Positions 9,426 through 19,798 of a stretch of DNA of 64,000 bases are shown here, piece by piece. A program made the position numbers and the translations under genes. The number at the start of each line of letters is the position of its first letter. Position 1 is the first letter of the stretch. The stretch lies in NCBI GenBank assembly GCA_016200345.1, contig JACQEX010000072.1, forward strand, positions 7,233 to 71,232, in the 5' to 3' direction. Below the pieces are notes generated by a model that had not been told where the DNA came from, did no database searches, and saw only the letters and a list, made by a program, of their open reading frames with translations. The DNA is from Nitrospinota bacterium (lineage in GTDB: Bacteria > Nitrospinota_A > UBA7883 > JACRGQ01).

Positions 9426-10649
9426 CTAGATGCGGAAAACGGTTTGTTCGGTGGCGGTGCAGATGGTCATTGCAAGCTTGTTGTCGGCAACAAACTTTTT
9501 GGCGAAGGCGTCCATTTCGTCCATCATTGCGTCCGTGTGCGCCGGGTCGTGGTGGAATATGCATAGGGATTTCGCGCCGGCATCGCGAGCCAGGCCAAGC
9601 ACCTCGGAAACCGGAGAATGTCCCCACCCGACGTGGGATTTGTACTCCTCGTCAAAATATGTGGTGTCGTGTATTAATAGGTCTACCCCTTTTAGGAATG
9701 TCACAAGCTTGTCCCTGAAAAATTGGTCCATTCCCCCCATCTCTTTTGGTGGCAGTTCGTTGTCGGTGATGTACGCGACGGATTTGCCGGAGTTGTCGGT
9801 CAGTCTGAAACCCAGCGTGTTCCCCGGATGGTTCAGCAGGATGGTTTTTACGGAAATTCCGTCCACCGTCTGCGAGGCCTCGCGAATCTCCTTGAAATAA
9901 AGTCTCGACGCAAACTCGCGTATTGTTATGGGGAAATAGATGCTCTCCATCTGTCCGCTTATCACCTCTAGCAGGCTTATGTCGCCGTGGGCCGACCCGT
10001 AAACGGCTATTTCGTTCCCCTGCATAAACGCCGGCTTGAAAAACGGGAATCCCTGTATATGGTCCCAATGCGGATGGGAAATGAGGAGGTTCAGCTTTAG
10101 TTTTCTCTTTTCCGAGGCGAGGCTGTTGCCAAGGTTAATTATTCCCGTTCCGGCGTCGAAGATGAACGTCTCCCCCTTTGAAAATTCCACCGAAAAGCAG
10201 GGTGTGTTTCCGCCGTACTTTAAATATTCCGCCTGCGGGGTCGGGTAGGTGCCCCTTGCACCCCAGCATTTGACTACGACCGTGTTGCTGACGATTCGGT
10301 CTATTTTCTCCTTCAAAACTTCGAAGGGAACCGGCTTGGTTATGTACAAGTTGGCGCCGAGCGAAAGGGCGCGGGACTCGTCGTGGGCGAATGATTTTGA
10401 GCTAAGGACGATTATTTTTACGTCCGCGAATTCCGGCTGGGACTTTATATTTTTCATCACCGCAAACCCGTCGGTCTCCGGCATCATCAGGTCGACCAGC
10501 ACCACGTCGGGTTTGTTTGCGGCCATATGTTCCAGCGTATCCGACGGATTGGACAGGGTGGTTACGTTATATCCCCTTTTGGCGAGTCCGGCCTTCAATA
10601 GATGTAGCTGGCTCTGGTCGTCGTCAATAATAAGAATTTTATGTTCCAT
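9426..10649 (-). CDS. response regulator receiver domain fused to metallo-beta-lactamase-fold hydrolase
   Basis: REC (KILIIDDDQSQ..DVVLVDLMMPETDG) then an MBL fold with intact HPHWDH metal motif. ATG at 10649 has a GGGGGA SD. Confidence 0.8.
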   Translation of the reverse strand: MEHKILIIDDDQSQLHLLKAGLAKRGYNVTTLSNPSDTLEHMAANKPDVVLVDLMMPETDGFAVMKNIKSQPEFADVKIIVLSSKSFAHDESRALSLGANLYITKPVPFEVLKEKIDRIVSNTVVVKCWGARGTYPTPQAEYLKYGGNTPCFSVEFSKGETFIFDAGTGIINLGNSLASEKRKLKLNLLISHPHWDHIQGFPFFKPAFMQGNEIAVYGSAHGDISLLEVISGQMESIYFPITIREFASRLYFKEIREASQTVDGISVKTILLNHPGNTLGFRLTDNSGKSVAYITDNELPPKEMGGMDQFFRDKLVTFLKGVDLLIHDTTYFDEEYKSHVGWGHSPVSEVLGLARDAGAKSLCIFHHDPAHTDAMMDEMDAFAKKFVADNKLAMTICTATEQTVFRI

Positions 10650-10804
10650 TTTCCCCCGTTGCGGCAAACGTCAGACCACCCTGCATCGGTTTCTACGCAT
10701 AGACACATCGAAACATCCTACGGAAACGGCCTGGAATAGTCAAGAGTTTAGGTAAATCTAATATGAGTGGTTTCTTGGGGGGTAACTCCCGGCGGTCTAA
10801 AAAG

Positions 10805-11599
10805 TCATGAGTTCCCGTTGGTTTTTAAATACCGCGACCCGTAGAGGGCGAGTGTTACGGCCAGTATTGTTCGAAGTATCCGCTCGTCGAACAAAATGGC
10901 GATCGTCCCGCCCAAAAAGGAGCCGATAACGACTCCGAAAAGCAATCCGGGAATTAGTCCCGTCCCCACGTTCCCAAACTTCCAATGCGTTCTCGTCCCG
11001 GAAATTCCGGCAGGAACCATGGCCAGAAGCGACGTTCCCTGCGCCACGTGCTGGCCCATGCCGGCCAGAAGCACCATGGCGGGGACCATCATGCTTCCTC
11101 CTCCGACGCCCATCATGCCGGAAATAAATCCTGTCGCACCCCCGGCCAAAACCAGCACGGTGTATTTTTCGAAAAGTCCGCCGGCCACGGCCGAAGGGAG
11201 GTGCTCCTTTAACAGCAACATGGCCGAGATGAAGACCATAAAAAAACCAAAATATCTTTTTAGTCTGTTCTCGGAAAGCCTGTTGGCGTATTTTGCGCCC
11301 GAGTGGGCCGTAAAAATCGTCGGCGCCGATATGAGCGCGGCCGCGACTAAATCAACCCTTCCGCCGAGCCAGTATGCCGTCGCCCCCGCGATTCCGGTGA
11401 ACACCAGCGCGGCAAGGCTCGTGCCGTGGGCCTTGTGCTGGGTTAGGCCCAAAAACGCGGTCAGCATTGGGACCATCACGATCCCGCCGCCAAGCCCGAC
11501 AAGCCCGCCGAAGGCTCCGCCACATAGCCCGACGCCGAGGGATATTAGATTGTCCCTCGCGTTAAATTTTGTCTCCTCGGAGTGAAGTGGAAATGGCAT
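10805..11599 (-). CDS. TSUP/TauE-SafE family anion (sulfite/sulfonate) exporter
   Basis: Two internally repeated 4-TM halves rich in G/A (GGGxxxVP motifs), typical of DUF81/TauE. Confidence 0.8.
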   Translation of the reverse strand: MPFPLHSEETKFNARDNLISLGVGLCGGAFGGLVGLGGGIVMVPMLTAFLGLTQHKAHGTSLAALVFTGIAGATAYWLGGRVDLVAAALISAPTIFTAHSGAKYANRLSENRLKRYFGFFMVFISAMLLLKEHLPSAVAGGLFEKYTVLVLAGGATGFISGMMGVGGGSMMVPAMVLLAGMGQHVAQGTSLLAMVPAGISGTRTHWKFGNVGTGLIPGLLFGVVIGSFLGGTIAILFDERILRTILAVTLALYGSRYLKTNGNS

Positions 11600-11612
11600 C
11601 CGTCCCCTCCCC

Positions 11613-12128
11613 CTACCTTGTGACCGGCAGGCGTATGAAAAACGCCACGCCGATTCCCGGTTCGTTTTTTACGCCCAGTTCCCCGCCGTGCGCCTTCATG
11701 ATGTCGTGCGAAAGCGGTAGCCCCAGGCCTGTCCCAGTTTCTCCCCCGGTGCCGGGGAGCGAGGTTTTTACGTGGTGCTTGAATATGTCCGGAAGAATTT
11801 TTTCAGATATGCCGGCCCCGGTGTTTCTAACGCAGATGGAGCGCTCGTTCTCCATAAAGACGGATATGGCTCCGCCCGCCGGGGTGAATTTTACCGCGTT
11901 GTCCAGCAAGTTCTGTAAAACCGCCCCCACAAGGGACTCGTCCGCAAGCCACTCCAGTTCCCCGGGTATCTCGATGCTTAACCGCGAGCCTTTCTGGTCG
12001 GCAATTTGTCCTAGGCGAAGACCCTTCTCGGCGACCAGTGTTTTCAGGTTAAAGGGGCGCGTCTCGGGCTTTATTGTTCCGGTGTGTAGCCTGCCTATGG
12101 TCAGGAGGTTTTCGACTACTTTTGACAT
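11613..12128 (-). CDS. sensor histidine kinase, C-terminal fragment (HATPase_c catalytic domain)
   Basis: N, G1 and G2 boxes (LLDNAVKFT, NTGAGI, GGETGTGLGL). Begins 12 nt inside the end of the upstream HisKA ORF in a different frame. Confidence 0.7.
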   Translation of the reverse strand: MSKVVENLLTIGRLHTGTIKPETRPFNLKTLVAEKGLRLGQIADQKGSRLSIEIPGELEWLADESLVGAVLQNLLDNAVKFTPAGGAISVFMENERSICVRNTGAGISEKILPDIFKHHVKTSLPGTGGETGTGLGLPLSHDIMKAHGGELGVKNEPGIGVAFFIRLPVTR

Positions 12129-12898
12129 TGAATCGGCGGTAGAGCGCAGGCTTCCATTATCCTTCCAGTGTCGTCTGATGGAATTTGGCCGGATATAATA
12201 AGATCCATATAACCTTTTATCGTGCCGGCTGGCCCCTTAAGGTCGTGCGAGACAAGCGCTAAAAACTGGTTTTTAAGCAGGGTCGCCTGTTCGGCGCGTA
12301 TTTTTTCGGCGAGCAACTGTTTCCTTGCCATGTAATTTTTGCGAAAAAGCAGGTCGAAAACAATCACCAACACCAAACAGTAAAAGAGTGTGGGAACCGT
12401 GAAGGCCATTATTCCCGCCAGCGCCACGCTTTTCAGAAAACCGGAGGCAAAAAGTACGTACGGCGTCAGCGCCACGGCGAAAAGCACAGCTATGGCCTGC
12501 CTGCGGCCGACCCCCACGGACATTATTAGCACCCCGCCAAGTCCGCAGACCACTCCGGTGGCAATAAAGGCAATTTCACTGTTTAACCTAGAGGCGACAA
12601 AAAGGGCGATGATTGAGGTGATGCAAATGCCGACCGCCAGGGACAGGGGATACCATTTTCGCGGAAGGTTTAGGCGCAAGTATAAGGGGCAGGCCGTCAA
12701 CAAGACGACAGAGTTGAGCAGACGCCATTTCAACGTCCCCGCGGCCTCGCCGGGATTGACGACGAAATCCCCCATCGCCATGCTCAACACCACAAAGGCG
12801 GCGACCAAACCCGTGTAAATGGTCAAGGTTCGAAGCTCCGCGAACTTTTGCTCCTCGAATTCCTCGAGGTCGAAGCGCGTGACTTCAGTCCCGGGCAT
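12116..12898 (-). CDS. sensor histidine kinase, N-terminal fragment (6-TM sensor + HisKA dimerisation/H-box)
   Basis: Multiple TM helices, then H-box LALVSHDLKGP. Terminates 40 aa after the H-box, where the catalytic domain should continue. Confidence 0.7.
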   Translation of the reverse strand: MPGTEVTRFDLEEFEEQKFAELRTLTIYTGLVAAFVVLSMAMGDFVVNPGEAAGTLKWRLLNSVVLLTACPLYLRLNLPRKWYPLSLAVGICITSIIALFVASRLNSEIAFIATGVVCGLGGVLIMSVGVGRRQAIAVLFAVALTPYVLFASGFLKSVALAGIMAFTVPTLFYCLVLVIVFDLLFRKNYMARKQLLAEKIRAEQATLLKNQFLALVSHDLKGPAGTIKGYMDLIISGQIPSDDTGRIMEACALPPIQCQK

Positions 12899-13034
12899 CG
12901 GGCGTTTTACTCTTTTTCAATAGTTTCTCCCTAAAGGGAGATTTTAACCCGCTTTTCCCGCAAAGGAAAGCTCGCCAAATATTTTGTTGCCGTCTCAGAA
13001 AAAAGTTGTATCATTTCAGCTTCCTTGAAACGTT

Positions 13035-13460
13035 TTGGAAGGGAACATGAAGTTTACGACCGAGTATCTTAATTTTACGACAAAGCGAAAACGCGAGTAC
13101 GTGGACATAACCGACGAGGTCGCCCACGTCCTAAAAAGAAGCGGCATTTCCGAGGGGATGGTGCTCGTCTCCGCCATGCACATCACCGCCGGCGTCTACG
13201 TGAACGACGCCGAGGGGGGATTGTTGCAGGACATAGACAAATGGCTCGACGAACTGGCCCCGCACAACGAGGCATACCTTCACCACCACACCGGGGAGAG
13301 CAACGGCGACGCACATTTAAAGTCCCTGCTCGTCCACCACCAAATCATCGCCCCGGTCACGGGCGGAAGGCTCGACTTCGGGCCGTGGCAGAGGATTTTT
13401 TACGCCGAGTTCGACGGGCAGAGAAAAAAACGCGTCATTATAAAGGTGATGGGCGAGTGA
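13035..13460 (+). CDS. YjbQ/UPF0047 family protein (secondary thiamine-phosphate synthase-like)
   Basis: [23 protein letters not shown]...[15 protein letters not shown] matches the YjbQ conserved core. Possible internal start at 13047. Confidence 0.75.
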   Translation: MEGNMKFTTEYLNFTTKRKREYVDITDEVAHVLKRSGISEGMVLVSAMHITAGVYVNDAEGGLLQDIDKWLDELAPHNEAYLHHHTGESNGDAHLKSLLVHHQIIAPVTGGRLDFGPWQRIFYAEFDGQRKKRVIIKVMGE

Positions 13461-14545
13461 CAAAAAAAACCGTCCTTTACGACAGACACGTCTCCGCCGG
13501 GGCGAAGATTGTGGATTTCGCGGGGTGGATGATGCCGGTTCAGTACGCCGGGGTTTTGGCGGAGCACGCCACTGTTCGGAACAACGCCGGGGTCTTCGAC
13601 GTCTCCCACATGGGGGAGGTTTTCGTGACAGGGCCGGAGGCGCCCGCGTTCGTGGACAACTTGGTTACGAACGACACGCGCGGAATGTCCGATGGGAACA
13701 TCCTTTACACGGTGATGTGCGACAACGCGGGCTTCGTGATAGACGACCTGCTGGTCTATAAAATTGGGCCCCAGAAATTTTTGCTCGTCGTCAACGCGTC
13801 CAACACGGAAAAAGATTTTAAGTGGATGCTCTCGCAAAAGGGGCGGTTCAACGTCGAGGTGGCGGACAGGTCGCCCGATTTGGGGATGCTGGCGGTGCAG
13901 GGGCCGAAGGCCGTCGCAATCGCGTCCAAAATTATTGCCATCCCCAAAAACTTGAAGTACTACAATTTCTTCACCGTAATGCGCGACGGAAACGAGCTGA
14001 TAGTCTCCCGCACCGGCTACACCGGCGAGGACGGAGTGGAAATCATCGCCAAGAACGACGATATAGTAAAACTTTGGGACGCGCTGTTCGAGGCCGGGAA
14101 GAGCGAGGGAATCGCCCCGGCGGGCCTTGCGGCGCGCGACCTACTGCGGATAGAGGCCGGCTACAGCCTGTACGGGCACGAACTGGACGAAAAGACCGAT
14201 CCCCTCTCGGCGGGTCTCTCCTGGGTTGTCAAAATGGAAGGCAGGGAGTTTGTCGGAAAGGCCGTGCTCAAAAACTTCGGCCGCGATAATAAAAGAATCT
14301 GCTTTGCCATGGAGGGGAAGGCCGTCCCGAGGCAGGGATATAAGTTGTTGACAAACGGAAAAGAATCGGGCTTCGTCACAAGCGGCACCTTTTCCCCTGT
14401 TTTGCAAAAGCCGTTTGGAATCGGCTATATTTTAGGTGAAGGGGGGAATGCTCCCCTCGATGGCAGTCTGACGGTCGAAATCCGGGGCAGGGAGATTCCC
14501 GCCAAGATTGTCAAACCGCCGGTACGGTTAAGGGTTGGAGGTTGA
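13457..14545 (+). CDS. gcvT: glycine cleavage system aminomethyltransferase T
   Basis: GTG 13457 overlaps the yjbQ stop. [24 protein letters not shown]... is the GcvT N-terminus; full-length folate-binding domains. Confidence 0.9.
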   Translation: MTKKTVLYDRHVSAGAKIVDFAGWMMPVQYAGVLAEHATVRNNAGVFDVSHMGEVFVTGPEAPAFVDNLVTNDTRGMSDGNILYTVMCDNAGFVIDDLLVYKIGPQKFLLVVNASNTEKDFKWMLSQKGRFNVEVADRSPDLGMLAVQGPKAVAIASKIIAIPKNLKYYNFFTVMRDGNELIVSRTGYTGEDGVEIIAKNDDIVKLWDALFEAGKSEGIAPAGLAARDLLRIEAGYSLYGHELDEKTDPLSAGLSWVVKMEGREFVGKAVLKNFGRDNKRICFAMEGKAVPRQGYKLLTNGKESGFVTSGTFSPVLQKPFGIGYILGEGGNAPLDGSLTVEIRGREIPAKIVKPPVRLRVGG

Positions 14546-14546
14546 A

Positions 14547-14933
14547 ATGGATTATCCTGACGGGCTGTATTACACAAAAGACCACGAGTGGGGAATGGAC
14601 GAGAACGGCATCCTGACAGTCGGCATCACGGACTACGCCCAAGGGGAACTGGGCGACGTCGTTTACGTCGAGCTTCCGCAGGAAGGGACGATTATAAAGG
14701 CGGGCGAGCCGTTTGGCGTCGTCGAGTCAGTCAAGTCAGTATCCGACCTTTATTCTCCCGTCAGCGGAGAGGTGGTGGAGATAAACCCGGATTTGGAGGC
14801 GGAGCCGGAAACGGTCAACTCCTCCCCTTACGACCGCGGCTGGATGATAAAGATAGCCATGAGCAAGCCGGCCGAGCTGGAAAAACTGCTCTCGCCCGAA
14901 GCTTACGCGGAATACTTGGCGACCCTTAAGTAG
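14547..14933 (+). CDS. gcvH: glycine cleavage system H protein (lipoyl carrier)
   Basis: YTKDHEW...VESVKSVSDLYSPVSGEVVEIN contains the lipoyl-lysine motif (ESVK). GGAG SD before ATG 14547. Confidence 0.9.
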   Translation: MDYPDGLYYTKDHEWGMDENGILTVGITDYAQGELGDVVYVELPQEGTIIKAGEPFGVVESVKSVSDLYSPVSGEVVEINPDLEAEPETVNSSPYDRGWMIKIAMSKPAELEKLLSPEAYAEYLATLK

Positions 14934-14952
14934 GGGTCGCAAAAAAAATAGA

Positions 14953-16302
14953 ATGAGATACATACCTCTAACCCCCGAGGACAGGAAAACAATGCTGTCC
15001 TCGATAGGGGCCGCCTCCGTGGAGTCGCTTTTCTCGCACATCCGGGATGAAATACGGTTCAAGGGGAAATTCTCCATTCCAACCGCCATGTCCGAGCAGG
15101 AGGTCATGCGGTTTGCTTCGGAGCTTGCCGCGCAAAACTCACCAGCGGCGTCGGCTCCGTGCTTTCTCGGCGCCGGGGCGTACAATCATTTCGTCCCTTC
15201 CGCGGTGGACCAGTTAATAATGAGGAGCGAGTTCTACACCTCCTACACCCCGTACCAGCCGGAGATAAGCCAGGGGAACCTGCAGGCCATTTACGAGTAC
15301 CAAAGCTACGTCTGCTCACTCTTCAACATGGAGGTCGCAAACGCCTCGATGTACGACGGCGCAAGCGCGCTGGCGGAGGCGGTGCTGATGGCGTGCCGCA
15401 TCACAGGAAAAAACGAGGTAGTGATTTCCGACCTGGTGCACCCGAGGTGGCGAAAAACCGTCGCGACCTACGTCTTAAACAGGGGGACGAACATAATTCA
15501 AACCGAGGACCATCCGACCGGGAAAACCGACCCTGAGCGTCTTCTGAAGGCAATCACCCAAAACACGTCGGCCGTCGTGGTGCAATCGCCGAACTTCTTT
15601 GGCAACGTGGAGGATTGGGACGCCGTCGGCAAGGTCTGCCGCGAAAAGGGGGTTTTGTTCATCGCCTGCACCGCGGAGGCGATGTCGCTCGGCCTGCTTC
15701 GTCCCGCCGGTGATTTCGGCGCGGACATCGTCGTCGGCGAGGGGCAGTCGCTCGGCCTCGGCCTTAACTTCGGCGGCCCGTACCTCGGGATGTTCGCGAC
15801 TCGCGAGAAGCATCTTCGGCAGACGCCGGGGCGCATTTGCGGGCGCACGACGGACAAGGACGGCAAAAAGGGTTTTGTCCTCACCATGTCCACCCGCGAA
15901 CAACACATAAGGCGCGAAAAGGCCACGTCGAACATCTGCTCAAACCAGGCGTTGTGCGCGCTCACCACGACGATTTATCTGACCCTCATGGGAAAAGGCG
16001 GTTTTTCGCAGACGGCAAAAAATTGCCATTACGCCGCGCTGGCCCTTAAACAAAAAATTTCTTCCGTCGGGAACGGCGCGCGGAACAGCTTCGACCTTCC
16101 GTTCTTCAACGAGTTTTTGGCCGACCTCCCCGTTTCGGCGGACGAGCTGAACAAACGCCTCGCGAAGAAAGGGGCGGTGGGCGGCTACGACGTCTCAAGG
16201 GATTATCCGAAGATGGAAAATAAAATTTTGCTCGCCGCCACGGAGCTTACGACCCCAGCGGAGATAGACCTTATGGTGAAAACGCTGGGGGAGGGGAAAT
16301 AG
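14953..16302 (+). CDS. gcvPA: glycine dehydrogenase (decarboxylating) subunit 1
   Basis: 449 aa N-terminal half of P-protein (split form). Order gcvT-H-PA-PB. Confidence 0.9.
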   Translation: MRYIPLTPEDRKTMLSSIGAASVESLFSHIRDEIRFKGKFSIPTAMSEQEVMRFASELAAQNSPAASAPCFLGAGAYNHFVPSAVDQLIMRSEFYTSYTPYQPEISQGNLQAIYEYQSYVCSLFNMEVANASMYDGASALAEAVLMACRITGKNEVVISDLVHPRWRKTVATYVLNRGTNIIQTEDHPTGKTDPERLLKAITQNTSAVVVQSPNFFGNVEDWDAVGKVCREKGVLFIACTAEAMSLGLLRPAGDFGADIVVGEGQSLGLGLNFGGPYLGMFATREKHLRQTPGRICGRTTDKDGKKGFVLTMSTREQHIRREKATSNICSNQALCALTTTIYLTLMGKGGFSQTAKNCHYAALALKQKISSVGNGARNSFDLPFFNEFLADLPVSADELNKRLAKKGAVGGYDVSRDYPKMENKILLAATELTTPAEIDLMVKTLGEGK

Positions 16303-17805
16303 ATGGGCGGCGCGCAATCAAGGAATATTTTGGGAAAGCCGTACGCGAGGGGCATCGTCTTCAACGAGCCGCTCATATTTGAGCGAAGCCGGGCCGGACG
16401 CAACGGGTGCGACGTCGCAAAATCCCCGTTTGAGCAAAAGGAAATTTCCGCCGGTTTTGCAAAGGGAACGCTGAGGGAGGATTTTACGGGGTTCGTGGAG
16501 GTGAGCGAACCATCCGCCGTGCGCCATTTCACCCGGCTGTCGCAATGGAACTACGGGGTGGACTCCAATTTCTACCCGCTCGGCTCGTGCACGATGAAAT
16601 ACAACCCGAAGGTCAACGAGGCTGTCGCAAGGCTCGCCGGTTTCACCGGCCTCCACCCACTTCAGGACGAGGCTACGGCGCAGGGGGCGCTGAGGGTTAT
16701 TTACGAGTTGGAAAAATATCTCTGCGACATAGTGGGGATGCACTCGGCCTCGCTTCAACCGGCGGCGGGGGCGCAGGGGGAGCTTACGGGACTCATGCTC
16801 ATCCACGCCTACCTAAAGGACAAGGGGAACGCCAGAAAAAAAGTGATACTACCCGACTCGTCCCACGGCACAAACCCGGCCAGCGCCGCCTTGTGCGAGT
16901 ACTCGACCGTGCCGCTGGCAAGCGGCACGGACGGTCTTATTGATTGCTCAGCGTTGGAAAAATTGATGGACGAGGAGACCGCGGCCCTGATGGTCACAAA
17001 CCCGAACACGCTCGGGATGTTCGAAAAAAACATAAAAAGGGTCTGCGAGATAGTCCACGCCAAAGGGGGGCTGGTGTATGCGGACGGAGCGAACCTGAAC
17101 GCAATTTTGGGCAAGACCCGGTTCGGCGACATGGGGGTGGACGTCTGCCACATGAACCTGCACAAGACCTTCTCCACTCCGCACGGCGGCGGCGGCCCCG
17201 GCTCCGGCCCGGTGCTCGCCAAGGATTTTCTGGCGCCGTACATGCCCGCCCCGCGCGTGGTGCTGGCAGACGGACGCTACAAATTGGAGCACAATCCGCC
17301 GAAAAGCGTCGGAGCGTTAAACGCCTTTTATGGCAACTTCGGCGTCTACCTTAGGGCGTACGTTTATCTGCTATCCGTCGGCGGCGAGGGGCTGGGCGAC
17401 ATCTCCGACGCGGCGGTGCTGAACGCCAACTATATTTTGTCCAGATTAAAGGGGCATTACCACGTCCCGTACGACGGGCCGTGCATGCACGAGTGCGTCC
17501 TTTCGGACAAGTTCCAAAAAGACGCGCACGTCTCGACGCTCGACATAGCAAAATCGCTCATTGACAGGGGCTTCCACCCACCGACGATTTATTTCCCGCT
17601 TATCGTCAAGGGGGCGATGATGATAGAGCCGACCGAGTCCGAGTCGCTCGAAACCATGGACACCTTCGTGGACGCGATGGTGGACATCGCGGAGGTGGCG
17701 AAAACCCATCCGCTCTCCCTCGCCGAGGCGCCGGTTTTGGCGAAGATGCGTCGGCTGGACGAGACGCAGGCCGTGCGCAACCCCGACCTCCGCCACAAAC
17801 CCTGA
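16303..17805 (+). CDS. gcvPB: glycine dehydrogenase (decarboxylating) subunit 2 (PLP-binding)
   Basis: 500 aa C-terminal half of P-protein with PLP-lysine region (CHMNLHKTFSTPHGGGGPG). Confidence 0.9.
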   Translation: MGGAQSRNILGKPYARGIVFNEPLIFERSRAGRNGCDVAKSPFEQKEISAGFAKGTLREDFTGFVEVSEPSAVRHFTRLSQWNYGVDSNFYPLGSCTMKYNPKVNEAVARLAGFTGLHPLQDEATAQGALRVIYELEKYLCDIVGMHSASLQPAAGAQGELTGLMLIHAYLKDKGNARKKVILPDSSHGTNPASAALCEYSTVPLASGTDGLIDCSALEKLMDEETAALMVTNPNTLGMFEKNIKRVCEIVHAKGGLVYADGANLNAILGKTRFGDMGVDVCHMNLHKTFSTPHGGGGPGSGPVLAKDFLAPYMPAPRVVLADGRYKLEHNPPKSVGALNAFYGNFGVYLRAYVYLLSVGGEGLGDISDAAVLNANYILSRLKGHYHVPYDGPCMHECVLSDKFQKDAHVSTLDIAKSLIDRGFHPPTIYFPLIVKGAMMIEPTESESLETMDTFVDAMVDIAEVAKTHPLSLAEAPVLAKMRRLDETQAVRNPDLRHKP

Positions 17806-17848
17806 CTTCTTCTTTATTAACTTCCGAAAGCGGGATATAATCCACAAA

Positions 17849-18472
17849 ATGAAAATACGGGTGTTCGAGTTGGCAAAGGCGAAAAACCTCCCCATTTCGA
17901 GGACGCTGGAGCTCCTCTCGCAAAAAGGAATCCAAGACGCCACAGCGGTGACGTACGTCGAGCAGGCGATTTTGGACGACGTGCCAAACGGCGAGGCGCA
18001 GACCCAGCCGTTGCCGGACGCGCCCGACAGGTCGGCCACCTTGGCCCGCAACATTCTCAACCGCTCCGAGACAAAAAGTGGTTGGGATAAGGAAGAGCCC
18101 CGTTCGTCAATGGAAAGCCCGCTTGCGATTATCGCCGTCGGAGTCGGCGCGGCGTCGCTACTGTTTGCGGTCTTTCTATTTTTCTCCGAAAGGTCCGACC
18201 GCGCGGATATTGCCAGGATGCAGGCGGAAATTAATCTTGTCAAGGCGGGGAACGCGAAGATCGAGGACGTGGTCGTAAGCAACAGGGCGCAGATTCTCGA
18301 GACGCGCGAACAGATGGTCGCGGTGGAAAAAAGGTTCTACGAGTTCAAAAAATCGTCGCTCACCTCCCAGCTAAAAAGCCAGGGGGTCGTGCTAAAGGCC
18401 CTTTCCGAAAACATGAGGGAGCCGCTCAAGAGCAAATTCCAGGCCCTTTCAAACGGGCTTTCCACGTTTTGA
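17849..18472 (+). CDS. hypothetical membrane protein with IF2-N-like N-terminal domain and coiled coil
   Basis: MKIRVFELAKAKNLPISRTLELLSQKGI resembles the IF2_N fold. One TM helix (LAIIAVGVGAASLLFAVFLFF), then a coiled coil. Confidence 0.5.
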   Translation: MKIRVFELAKAKNLPISRTLELLSQKGIQDATAVTYVEQAILDDVPNGEAQTQPLPDAPDRSATLARNILNRSETKSGWDKEEPRSSMESPLAIIAVGVGAASLLFAVFLFFSERSDRADIARMQAEINLVKAGNAKIEDVVVSNRAQILETREQMVAVEKRFYEFKKSSLTSQLKSQGVVLKALSENMREPLKSKFQALSNGLSTF

Positions 18473-18503
18473 CGCCCGGTTTGAGCAAAGGGAATTTTTA
18501 ACC

Positions 18504-19586
18504 ATGGGTTTTAACTGCGGAATAATCGGCCTTCCAAACGTCGGCAAATCCACCCTCTTCAACGCGCTCACCTCCGCAGGGGCCGCCGCGAGCAACTTTC
18601 CGTTCTGCACCGTTGACCCCAACGTCGGGCGCGTGGACATGCCGGACTCGCGGCTTTTAAAACTTAAGGAGATTGTCGTGCCGGAGCGCGTCGTTCCCAC
18701 GCAGATGGAGTTTGTGGACATCGCGGGTCTCGTAAAAGGGGCGAGCCAGGGGGAGGGGCTTGGTAATAAGTTTTTAAGCCACATCCGAAACGTGGACGCC
18801 GTGGCGCACATCGTCCGATGTTTCAAGTCCGCCGACGTCACGCACGTAGCGGGGGACGTGGACCCGGTGCGCGACATAGAGATTATCGAGAGCGAGTTGA
18901 TGCTTTCGGATTTGGACGGCGTGGAGAAAAAAATCAACTCGCTGAAGAAGTCCGCCAAAGGGGGCGGAAAAAAAGAGGACGCCGAGCTTTTAGTGGTGTT
19001 GGAAAAAATTGCCGAGGGGCTACAAAAGGGGATACCGGCCGCCGAGACAGGCGGCGCCGCGATAGCCAAAGATTTGCCGTTGTTGACCGCAAAGCCGGTC
19101 ATGTTCGTCGCCAACATCGGGGAGCCTTCCGAGGAGGGGGGACAGCTTGTCGCCTCCGTCCGCGAGTTCGCAAAAAAACGGGGCGCGGGTTTTTTAAGCA
19201 TCTGCACCAAGATAGAGTCCGAGATAGCCGAGCTGGATGCCGCCGAACGCGCCTCCTACCGGGCTGAGATGGGCTTAAAGCAGTCTTCGCTCGACAACAT
19301 GATATTGGAGGGCTACAAGCTGTTGAACCTTGCCACGTATTTTACGGCCGGCGTAAAAGAGGTTCGCGCTTGGACAATCCCGGTCGGCGCGAAGGCGCCG
19401 CAGGCGGCGGTGGTGATTCACACCGATTTCATAAAGCACTTCATCCGGGCCGAGGTAATTGCCTACGAGGATTTCGTGGCCTTCGGCGGCGAAAACGGCG
19501 CGAAGGAAAAGGGAAAGACGAGGCTTGAGGGAAAGGACTACGTCGTGAAGGACGGCGACGTGATTTTCTTCCGCGTCAGCGCGTAA
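18504..19586 (+). CDS. ychF: ribosome-binding ATPase YchF (Obg-family GTPase)
   Basis: GIIGLPNVGKSTLFNALT G1 motif, TGS C-terminal domain, 360 aa. Confidence 0.92.
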   Translation: MGFNCGIIGLPNVGKSTLFNALTSAGAAASNFPFCTVDPNVGRVDMPDSRLLKLKEIVVPERVVPTQMEFVDIAGLVKGASQGEGLGNKFLSHIRNVDAVAHIVRCFKSADVTHVAGDVDPVRDIEIIESELMLSDLDGVEKKINSLKKSAKGGGKKEDAELLVVLEKIAEGLQKGIPAAETGGAAIAKDLPLLTAKPVMFVANIGEPSEEGGQLVASVREFAKKRGAGFLSICTKIESEIAELDAAERASYRAEMGLKQSSLDNMILEGYKLLNLATYFTAGVKEVRAWTIPVGAKAPQAAVVIHTDFIKHFIRAEVIAYEDFVAFGGENGAKEKGKTRLEGKDYVVKDGDVIFFRVSA

Positions 19587-19798
19587 TTTCAGCAGGGAAA
19601 AAATAGAGCGACTCGGTTAATCGAGCTATTTTTTCTTTTTTGCGGCCTTTTTTTTGGGCTTCATGCCGCCCATTTTCGGTTTGCACTTCAGCTTTAAAAT
19701 CACCCCTTCCAAACTTTCTTAAAATCCAAGCAATATATTTTTCTTAGTAGAGTGGCCCTGCGGCTATTCTAATCCCGAAATAAATTTTTTTCAAAAAA

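Noticed and set aside
12899-13034. Possible glycine riboswitch upstream of yjbQ-gcvTHP operon
   Set aside because: The conserved glycine-aptamer core sequences could not be recognised by eye in the 136 bp leader.
19626-19673. Tiny minus-strand ORF MGGMKPKKKAAKKKK in the ychF-lpxK intergenic region
   Set aside because: Only 15 codons, formed by a poly-A/T tract. No SD; most likely chance.
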